NCBI GenBank assembly: GCA_964035545.1
Contig: OZ037765.1
Span: 25,543,504 to 25,607,503 of the forward strand
Reading direction: 5' to 3'
Length of the DNA: 64,000 nucleotides
Source: Bugula neritina
Taxonomy: Eukaryota; Animalia; Bryozoa
Shown here: positions 53,555 through 64,000 of the stretch, in pieces
Layout: each line of letters opens with the position of its first letter
How positions within the stretch are numbered: the first letter of the stretch is position 1
Translations under genes and position numbers: made by a program
The notes under the pieces: model-generated
Told to the model about the DNA's origin: nothing
The model's database searches: none
The model's input: the letters and a program-made list of their open reading frames with translations, nothing else

Positions 53555-54235
53555 CTAGGTGTCTTCCAAACACCTATTTTCAGTTACACACAAGTTTGAC
53601 AAAATATTTGACATATTTTCTAATTCAGCATCTGGTTTGCAGTCCTCTGAACGAAATAATACAGTTGTTGTTTTTGCTAAAGATCTTAGATCTTCAAGAG
53701 ATCTAGAACGAAGTAAATCATTTGAATATGTCCGGGAAGTAGGCAATTCTAATAGAGAAGCTACTCTATTTGAAGAGCTTTGATCAATGTTACTCTGGCA
53801 TTGAGATGATGCAATTTTAAAATCTTGATTCGGAGGTTTTTTCCTTGCATTACCTGGACACATAAGAGAGCAAGTGGCAGACCTGTTTGGAAGCTGGTAG
53901 GGTTTACGACATCTTTTTAATTTTGTGTTGACCTTCATTTGAGCAAGACGCCCAGACTCGCACGGATTTCTAGTGACATGTGCAGCAGTTAGTTTAAATG
54001 TTTCATATTTATAAGTAGATATAGAAGTTACATATGATGGATTGATGTCAATGATGTGAAAATCTGATGAACCATTGCATGGTGTGTCAGTAGATGGCAT
54101 TGGTGTGTTGCAGGGCATAGTGGGAGACTTTTCTTTTGTTTCAAATCCATTTATATATTTCCATTCAGCTAAATTGTTGTTAAATTCAGCTGCTAGACCA
54201 TCAGCACTTGAAACGGTATTAAAAGATTCTTCCAT
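53555..54235 (-). CDS. Uncharacterised 226-aa, probably disordered protein (single coding exon)
   Basis: 681-bp ORF with coding-like GC in AT-rich DNA; splice acceptor TTTCAG 30 nt upstream (exon starts 54265) with an in-frame stop before the ATG; no recognised domain. Confidence 0.7.
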   Translation of the reverse strand: MEESFNTVSSADGLAAEFNNNLAEWKYINGFETKEKSPTMPCNTPMPSTDTPCNGSSDFHIIDINPSYVTSISTYKYETFKLTAAHVTRNPCESGRLAQMKVNTKLKRCRKPYQLPNRSATCSLMCPGNARKKPPNQDFKIASSQCQSNIDQSSSNRVASLLELPTSRTYSNDLLRSRSLEDLRSLAKTTTVLFRSEDCKPDAELENMSNILSNLCVTENRCLEDT

Positions 54236-55345
54236 GAGGTATCAACCATTGCATTGCAAACCAAGCTGAAAAACATTGCATTGGCAAACTAAATAATAAA
54301 CTCACACAGCCAACTGTCAATCAAACTTGAAAATTTATTATAAGTCCAAGAGCTGGAACGTGGTTGTACATTCACATTATTATGCAAGCTGAAATTTTAG
54401 CACTTGCTTGATCAAGCACTTGAAATACTTGGACCCAAGTTAAAACAAGAATTACTGAATTACCTGTATTAACCTAAATTATTTAAATTGACAACGATAT
54501 GTAAATAATCTCTGAAATTTATGTAAGTCATACCTGGAAATTATGCCTGTATATAGTGGTTTTATTATTTTAATTTAAAACATAAGGATTTGCAAGTCAT
54601 TAGAAGTTGAAATTAGCTGCAAGTAAAAATAAGATACTGAGTAATCTAACTCCAACAAAATTTGAAGCTACTTCCAGCCATTATTTCAAATTAGCATCAC
54701 ATTAATGTTACCCTAATGAGCATTCTAAAATGTTTATACGCAGTATCTTAAGCAAATCTTGTTACCCAACAGTGATTTGAAATAAAATGTTAAAAGTGAT
54801 ATTAACTATTCACCACTTTAGCGTTTCCTAAAAGATTTCATATCAATATATGGCAAAGAGGTACTAGACAGGTGGTGACCAGGTTGAGTTGAAAAAATAA
54901 TAAAAACTACATTAGGCTCACACATAGCCGTTGTGATTAGACTGACAAAATTAAATTTAATTCACAAGAGCCGGTCTGAGTTTAATCATCACCAGGAAAA
55001 ATTAAACTGTGACTTGAAGTAAAATTAAAAGCAATGCATTAAGCTTAAAGTTGACTTTAATAATAATTATAATGATATTAAATTTAGTAATGACAATTAT
55101 CCTATTAGCATTTAATATTTATTAGGATCATCATGATAATCAGTATGATTACTATTAGTATTCCCGTTACCACTTGTATTGAATAAATGGTATTATTTTA
55201 ACCCGATAATCAGTGTCATAATGATAATGATATTCATATTGAATTTGATATAAAATTTGCAGATTAAATTTTAATTTATTATTTAATTTCATTATTAATT
55301 AATATTATATTTATTATACTTATAGGTAATGTTATAAAATTGAAT

Positions 55346-55346
<1 letters not shown>

Positions 55347-55405
<59 letters not shown>

Positions 55406-55459
55406 CATTAGGCACTAGTATTACTACTACTACTACTACTACTAGTAGTAGTAGTAGTA
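55347..55459. repeat. (TAG)n / (CTA)n inverted trinucleotide repeats
   Basis: About 19 TAG units (55347-55403) followed by a TAC run abutting a TAG run (55422-55459). Confidence 0.9.
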
Positions 55460-57848
55460 TTTCTAAATATATGCCTATGGCTACAGCCACGCTCATAGGT
55501 ATAGCTATGGCAAGGCGGGTTAGGACCCCTGATACCCGTACTGATCTGATAATGATGCTCATACTCGTAGTGATACTGACAGTCATACTCATACTGATAG
55601 CATCAGGCTCAGCTACAGGCTGAGTCTACAGCATAAAATTTAAGATTATAATTTTTTACACACTACTGACATTGACTACAACATGAACAACTATTACTAA
55701 ATCTATTATTATTAGTATTACTATTAGTAATACTAATAGACCTAGTACAAGTACTACAACCACAAGTACAGAATCAAGGGTTGAGTCAATGACAACAGTC
55801 TGAGTCAACTCTCAAAGACAAGAGTCAAGTTCAATAGCTTTACAAAACTTTCAAGTTTTAACCCAGTCCAAGTTAAAGTTTTGTCAAGCCTAGCATTATT
55901 TGATTATCACTATGATTATGTGATTATCATTATGATTATCCTTACGACTCCAAGTTCATTATAAATATCATTATTTATGATTAATCACATTATGATTATG
56001 ATTATGATCAACAATAACATAACATTAACTATTCAATTTCATGATCATGATGATTATTATTATAATTGCAATCAATTTCATGTTTGGCAACATGAACATC
56101 GGTATGAATAAGTATTTGCATACTACGAACACAACATGAATAACACAAACAAAAACTAAAAGCACCAAATCCAACAGTAGCTGTAGGTCAAAGTGAAAGT
56201 GTTGCCTCTAGGCTCTAGCAAAGCAGTGAAACATATTTTAATAAAATGAAATAGAGGATATATCTACGCGTTTGCTCAAAATCAATCACCAAAAGAAATT
56301 CGCAGTTTTATTTTAACTCGTAATGTTAGAAAACTGGCATTATAGAATAATTGTGTCTTTTGCAACTTTTGAGTATGTTTTTCTATGACTTACACAAAAT
56401 AAAAATGTAAAACCAGACCAAAATTTTTGAGGTTGCACATCAGCCCGCAAATTTTAAAAATGTAGGCTGTTGAAGATAACTCCAGCACCCATTGAAGCCA
56501 ACAAATTGTACAGAGCTTAGACTGAGCATCGATTCTATTATACTAAATTTAAATATTCCGTTTCGTGTATTCAACGTCCCGCACTGAAATCGAGGATTTT
56601 ATTTCAGCAGCTAGATTAGTGTAATAAATACTAACAAGAGAACTGCATAGTGATACCATTGAATTATAACCTATAACTATAATAACTATAACTATTATAG
56701 TTTCAGTTCAGTGAGTGATACCAATGAACTGGAAAAGATAATATTATTTCTAGTTCAGTAAGTGATAGTGATAGTCATGGCGATAGTTTTCTGTCCTCTG
56801 CAACCTACCTTAACTTTAACTTTAAGCTAATCCTATCACTATCAGTATCACTATCATAATCATATGTTTAATGTTATAACATTAACTTATATTTATAAGC
56901 ATAATCATAATGATAATCATAGTGTATTGGTATCATCATATTTATATTACTAATAGTAATACTAATACTAATGCCAATGGTAATATAATTGTTAGTATCA
57001 ATATGGGTCTCACTATCACTGATAGTGAGACTGATACTGATAGTATCAGTATCACTAACTTTAAGTATAATACTAATAGTAATAGTAATACTAATACAAA
57101 TAGTATTACTATCAGTAAAAGTATCACTATTACTATTACTGTATTAGTAAATATTAAATTAGTTATTATTAAATTAAAATAATAACTATGAGTATAACTA
57201 TAAGTAATAACTGATAATGACTGTCATTGAACTGTCTGAACTATTAGTAAGTTACCTTTACTATTAGTATTTATATAACTATAAGAATTACATTTACTAA
57301 TACAGTAATAGTAGTAGTAGTACTAGTAGTACTAGTAGTATTAAATATAATGGTAGTGCCAATAGTATACTAACTGCAAGTATTACACTTCATGATTGTG
57401 AGTAATACTAATAGTAATAGTAGTACTACTATTACTATTAGTATTAAAGTAAACTGTAGATGTAATAATTATTATTATAAGAATATTGAATTTAATGATT
57501 GTTACACTAGCAGTAAGAGACTATTAGTAATGCTATTGCGTTACTATTAGTATTAGTATTACTTAGACTATTTGTATTAGACTATTAGTATTACTATTGT
57601 TATTAGTGTTTAAAGCATTAGTTTAGTATTAGTTATATTTAGTCTAATTATAATTAGTGGAACTTCTACTAGATGTAATACTAATAATAATACCAAGTGT
57701 AATAGAATACTAGTACTAATAGTCTAATACTAATACTATACTAATAGTATTAGTATTACTCCAACTAGGTTTTATAGCTATGAGTATTTGTCTTATACAT
57801 TTTTTCCTGGCGTATTATAGTTTCAAAATCAACAATGTCTGTTTAGAT

Positions 57849-60800
57849 ATGGCACAGAATTCATCAAACAAAAGGTTAATCAGTGAACTAATCAGTCAAA
57901 GTACTGGCTTTCAAGTAAGTTTCACTCTTTTTAGCTTACATTCTTTTAATTGTGGCATATTGTAGTTGTGCATCTTTACTTTCTGGTGACTTCTAATATA
58001 TTTCAACCCTGTGAAATAGGGTTTGTAATGTAATTATTTTGTATAAATAATTAGTCTGCAAAGTGATTGTAATAGTGCAAGTTTGCATTTTTATCAAATT
58101 TCATTGTATTTTTTCAGACTGGTGAAGAAAATTTTCAGATTTGCTTAAAATATGCAGCTTCAAATCTGCGTTTCCATCGCTACTTGGATGTGGACAGACA
58201 TAAAGTGAAATGCTTGCTAAATGGGTAAATCTTTTAGTTAATGTCATGTCAGATTTCTAATTTTCTAAATTTAAAGCGCTGTAATTCAAATATATTTAAC
58301 TCCTTGTAAATTTGATTATGTATATGAAGTTTTCAGCATATTCTAATACATGTTGCCACTTTTAATATTTATGGATCACTTAAATGTTTTTTGTACTATT
58401 GAATAGTTACTTACAACTAATGCTTATTTTTATATTTTCATTTGTTAGTTTGTATGAAAAGTTTACTATTCACTCTGCGCAACCAGTTAGAGAAGCACTG
58501 AAAAAAGCAGTTTCTGCATTTCTCAATAAACCAGAGTTTGAAAAGAAAAATGCACCAGAGGTAAACACTTTTCAACAAAAATATGCATGGCATATTAGGT
58601 AACTAGATCTGTGAAACAAATTTTTTAGAGTTTGCACATTTATATTTATTTACAGACAGACACTCATTATGCAATATTGTCCTTTTTACTGGAAATGTCC
58701 AGTCGCCCAACATCTCAGCACTATTCCTTTGAAGAAGATGATGCAAAAGAGGAGGATATAAGTAGGTTGAAGTCAGCTTGTTAACCTTATCGCTCTACAA
58801 TTATGTACAGAAGTTGTTCTTTGCGATCGTAACATTTCAAACTTGCTTCAGTGATTCAGCAAATTAATTTTAAGTAGACTTCAAAATAAGTACCATTTAA
58901 CTCTAAACTTGATTTGAAAGTATAATGAGTAAAACTTAATAACTGTTTACCCAAATTGATATGGGGTATTGTTTGAATCCAAGTTGTTCCTACAGTTCTA
59001 TAAATTGATGAGCAGTTCACTTGTTTTATATCACTTGATTTACTATTGGTGCATATTTATTGAAAGAAAAAATAATGCTCTGAGTAGAAGGCTGAAGCAG
59101 AGCTGTGTAATTACGTTTATATAGTATTAAACTCTGCAGTAAGATTCGGACTACAACTCGAATACAGTTTTAGAGTTGTATGTCCAAGCAAATTGATTTC
59201 ATACCATATTTGGCTCAATTATATCTTTGGCTAATAAATATGTGGTGTCTATAATTATGCCTGTTTTATTTCAGGTGTCAACTTTGATTGGTATAAATAC
59301 CTTACAGAAGATTTGGACCCTTTACCCACATCTTTCTCAGATTCATCTGTAAGTACTTGTTTTTGCTTTCATCACTTGCAGAGTCTGTAAGAAATATGAT
59401 GTTGTTGGTGATGGGATACTGGATCAAGTCTTTCTGATGTCCATAAAAGTCTGTGAATTTTGCTTTGCATTGAAGTTTCGATTTTAGGAACTCTCTATTA
59501 TTTAATAATTTGTGATGCGTCTTTTCCAACACATCATTCGCCAAACTAAATTAAGCACACTATTAAGGTGTTTGGAGTAATTTCAGCAAAAGTTATAGAA
59601 ATTTTCTTATAGCTATGAGTAGATTTGCCGATTGTTATAGATGCAGCATGAGACCAAATATCGACACTTACCAATTGAAATAGGAATTAATTAGAATGCT
59701 GGTTGTGTAGCCTTTACTTTTATACTACTATGCATGGTATACTTTGTTACAGTAAGGTTTACTAAACTAGAAGTGTATTTGGTGTGTTTTGTCTTTGTAC
59801 AGAAAATGGCTTTACTGGGTGCACTTATAGGAGAGCAGCCATGGTCTAGGCCCTAGGGGTTAGAGCATTGGCTTAGTAAACATGAAGTCATGGGTTTGAA
59901 CCCCAGTACAGGCTATTGGTGATGCTAGGGAGAGCACCCAGTCATAATTGCTTCTGTGCCCTATCTGAATAAGTCCTTAGCTCGCTTTTAACAACCCTTC
60001 TCACAAGGATAGTGACTATAAACTTGTGAATTACGTATAGTAGGTTCCTATTCTATAGGTTGACTCTGAGGCCAGTGATATTGAAGAGACTATAATGGCT
60101 GTGGCTGAACCATTTGTTCGAGAAGAAGAAATTTCACAGCAGGTGGAAGCAAGCACTGCTATGTTAAGGGAGCTGCTGGTCAACAGATATTGGGCCGGAG
60201 AAGACAACTCTTCACTACTAGCTGACACAGATTTTGCTCATGACTGGTTTGCTTATAGATGCCATTTTGAATCTCATTTCGTGTAATGGTATTTCTGAAC
60301 GTTCTTATTTGCAGTTTGTTAGAAAGTGAGCACTAGTGAATAATAAAACTGTTTATCGGAATAATTAACTTCATTGTTCGACTAAACATATTGAAGTTTA
60401 TTAAATTTGCAGAGTTTGCGGTTCTGTAAAACTTACTAGGAGTAATGTTTGAGACTGTCTGCTAGTTCATTGTACATGTATAGTGACAACATGTCACACT
60501 GTCTAGTCACAAGATGCTTCTACCTGCTCACACCTGTGTGCTGTTTTAGGAATGGACACCTCAGAAGTCTGGGGGTGTTCGAATCCTTCCAGAAAGATAC
60601 TTACATGACAGAATACCAAATGGTTCGCGAAGTCATTTGGTAGGGTTTCTCATGCATTTAAATGTGTAATCTAATCTCATGCTAACACTTTTGCTCAGTA
60701 AGCTCTCTACACATATTTATACATGTACAATGTGCACGGCATTTGAATGTAACATTTTTTTCTGAGAATAATTCTCATGAAATCATAACAAGTAATATGA

Positions 60801-63800
60801 AGTGATAAAAGAGTGTTTATTTGACAAAATTGAAGTAATTCGGTTCTAACTAAACAGACCAGTGGCAGTATTGCTGTTCATTTTTATTACTTTATATATA
60901 TTATTATTTTAACAATTCAACTCATGAAGACTAAATCTTCTTTTTACTTTGACACTGTTTTGTAGGATGCTTTCTGGTGCAACTGAGTCATTCCTCTTTC
61001 TCTATGATGAGCAACAAGCTGTGTTTTCTATAAAGACATGTGTGAACTTGACACACACTACTAAGGTAAATATAGTAAAATATCTTTATCATGCAGCAGC
61101 TAAGTATTTGGTGCAAATAAACTTGATAATGTTTCGTTAAAAAGTATAAATCCTTTAGATATACTTCAATTTCTATGCCATTTTTAGAGGTGAGCTTTAA
61201 TTGTGCTTTTATGGTAAACACACTTCTAATTAATACCATTTTGTTGAAACTATGAGTAATAAATTAAGTTTGAAGTATATACAATTCATTCACAATACAA
61301 ATTGTGTGGGAAGGTTAACAACACTTGCAACTTAGTAATTACTTCACTGATACATTCGAGACTGATTTGCCGATTGTTTCAAAGTATTTATTGTATGTGT
61401 GTTGCTTCTCCCCAGACATCCTTAGCTGAAGTCCTCATTAAGTTTACAAGGCTAGCCACTAAGGTCTCACAACTACGCCAGTTTGTCACAAGACTATTGA
61501 AGGGAGATCTTCTGTCATTGGAATGTCAGACCTACCAGGCTTTCAGTGTAGCTTGTGCTGAAATTCTGACTCAACTCGATGTGTTTTCACATCAGCTGTC
61601 TCAGCGAATACAAAATGGCGGTATGTTTATAAAGAAAATCTCGACCACAAAAATCAGAATACACCAAATTTAAGTTTTTGCAGTATGAATTTTTCACAAT
61701 TTTCTGTGGTATTTTGTGGATCATGTAATAAGATAAAATATTTCATTTGCTTTAGAATTGTGAATTAAAATATCAACATATGGTTTTTAGTATCCTTGTA
61801 CTTTCAGTTGTGCTTTCTAGTGTTTGTAAATGTAGTAAATCCCGAATCTATGTACTTTAGACTTGAGCGGAACTCTCATCGCTATACTACAAGAATACAA
61901 TCCATACCAACAGATAATACACATTCTCCACACTATATATACCAGTGCAATCTGCCCCAACCTAGCGATAGCAAAGCCCTCTGTATCGACTGCAGCAACT
62001 CAGCTGCTTATTGCCTGTAACTCTCTTCTGAATGAAGCCAGTTTGCAAGCAGTTGACACAAACACAGTTTGTATTTATTAATTATATTTGCTGAAAATTA
62101 TGTAACATACTTGTATTCCACTTATACTAGTTGCCAATAAAATTATACATTTTTTCAAAGAGCGAGACTTTTGGATTTTCAAATTCATAACATGGTTAAT
62201 TTGTAATGTAGTATAAATTTAAAAAGAATTGCTTTCAGTTGACAACTTTGACCAGAGTGTTTGTCAGGACCCTGGCTCCATACCTTCATATCATTGATGA
62301 ATGGCTGACTAATGGAAACCTCAATGACCCGTATTTAGAATTTGTAATCAAAAAGTAAGTCATGAAATATCTTTCATGATATTTCTTTCATTCCAGCCAG
62401 TTAATAATTTATTCAGACTTGAGCGTAGGTGAAGGCTGATTTAGCATTTCTTTTTTGAAATTGAACTGAAAAACCCCAAACCCTTGAATGTTTTGCTGAT
62501 ACAATTAATGATGCTAAGTTCTCGTGATCTCAACAGGGATTGTGTAAATATTCTTAGGAAGAACTCCAAATGCCTGGATGAGACATTCTGGGACATGGCT
62601 GTGGAGTTGACTACGTGTGAACCAGCAGAGTCTACAGAACGTATTACCAGCTCATTCTCGTATAACTACAGTGTGCCTGACTTGTTGAGAGGTACTCTCA
62701 CCAGAATAGCTATTTCTGGCAAATCAATGGAAATGCTCGCTCAACTTGGCAAGGTCTCCTTTGCTGTAGGTATGTGCGTATAATTTGTTGCCATACATGT
62801 ATATATTAGTCTATATTACTATATGCTCATATCTGATTACTACTGCATATGTGATTTGTTGCTACACACATGAAAGTAACATTATCCTGTCATTTATTGA
62901 CTTGCCTACTTTAAATACAATTCTTCAACAAAACTTTTATGCAAATGTGGTGCACTAGTTGAAAATTTCGCTATTATCCAACAATGATTAGCGAGGTAGT
63001 GCATTATGTTTATTGTATTTAAGATCAGAGAGAATATTGTAGGCTATTTCAGCCAACTTATTCACAAAAATTATGTTTGTCTTGGTATGCTCTTAACGTT
63101 TTGCTATAGTTGAGCTAATTTTGACAGAAATCATGCAGTAATTCTCCGTAGTTTCATGAATAGAAAGCTTATTTAATATTTTAAAACTACTCAAATATAA
63201 AATGTCTTGGCAAAGTTTTTCATCAAGTTTTGGTTTTTATTATTTATTAGGTTTTCTGATTGTTGTTTCATGACATTCAATTTTTGGCTTATCTTTTAGG
63301 AGAAAGCAATAAATCTTTGCTCAGTGCTTTTGTGGACAAATTCTGTTCTGGGTTGAATTGGAATGAACCCAAAGAAGCACCCACAGCAGCAGAAGGTGTA
63401 GAGGAGAGTGCTAAGCTGACGCCCACTGCTGTCAGTTCTGCTCCAGACGTCTCACCTCTCCTACGTGCCAACTTCAGGGCTTTGTTTGAAGAAGGCAGAC
63501 CTATGACACCAGTTGATGAACTACGGTATCTAACCATAATATAATAGTTCTTACTTGTTGAGTTGTGCTAGTTGCAGCTGTCAAATGGCAATCAGTTGCT
63601 GCAATTCTGCATTTAAACTAAAATCTTTTTCAACTGTTTTCAATTAAATCACATTCTTAAATTTACATAAATAGGTATTTTTATTTATATTAGATTGTAT
63701 ATGAGCTACAGGCTTTTTTATAGTAATAACTAGTCTACTAACTGAAATTTATTTTCAGTGAGACTACCACTAAAGTATAATAAATTCATGATGGCAGAGT

Positions 63801-63989
63801 GAGTGATAATGTATATTGTTGTATAGGGCTTTATCTGGACAAAATATGTATAACATGGTGAACCTTAAACAGTTGATGTCTTCAAGCCTCGAGCTGCTTG
63901 TAGAAGAACGATATAATAGAGTGTCACAGTGCCTGCTTCATGTCTTGAAAGATGACTGCCATATTTATTATTACCTTTCTCTTGTACGG
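57849..63989 (+). CDS. TUBGCP5: Gamma-tubulin complex component 5, 5' part (14 coding exons; continues beyond the right edge)
   Basis: Exons 57849-57914, 58118-58224, 58449-58560, 58656-58761, 59275-59348, 60059-60246, 60550-60639, 60966-61065, 61416-61620, 61861-62066, 62239-62354, 62558-62769, 63300-63525, 63827-63989. Motifs ENFQICLKYAASNLRFHRYLDV, HYAILSFLLEMSSRP, FDWYKYL, TEYQMVREVIWML, CQTYQAF, IDEWLTNGNLNDPYLEFVI, SGKSMEML. Confidence 0.92.
59835..60026 (+). mobile_element. tRNA-derived SINE, copy 2 (more complete)
   Basis: A-box-like TGGTCTAGG and B-box-like GGTTTGAACCC, body shared with 1257-1427. Confidence 0.75.
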
Positions 63990-64000
63990 GTGAGCGGTTT

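Noticed and set aside
61790-61797. GTATCCTT U12-type donor motif
   Set aside because: Inside an intron, not at an exon end; all modelled introns fit GT-AG U2-type boundaries.

Overview
AT-rich, intron-rich eukaryotic (animal, invertebrate-like) genomic DNA. All exon coordinates were worked out by hand from GT-AG boundaries and reading frame. Nine protein-coding loci: POLD1 (minus, 3' end runs off the left edge), PRXL2C/AAED1-like, a FEM1 homolog, MYORG-like GH31 glycosidase, an uncharacterised four-TM protein, RPS8 (minus), a PDZ + tandem-PH protein (PDZPH1-like), an uncharacterised single-coding-exon 226-aa gene (minus) and TUBGCP5 (3' end runs off the right edge). Two RPS8 introns each carry a box C/D snoRNA with the SNORD46/snR63 guide for large-subunit rRNA helix 69. 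Mobile DNA: a hAT-type non-autonomous element with a perfect 8-bp TSD and a TA-satellite interior inserted next to the POLD1 promoter motifs, a PIF/Harbinger MITE, a full-length but decayed pogo-type DD35D transposon, an old hAT MITE, two LINE fragments and two copies of a tRNA-headed SINE. The most unusual feature is a recurring architecture: short CpG-containing promoter islands flanked by 0.3-1.1 kb tracts of cryptic 3/6-bp-periodic (ANT-like) sequence, seen at almost every gene 5' end and almost nowhere else.
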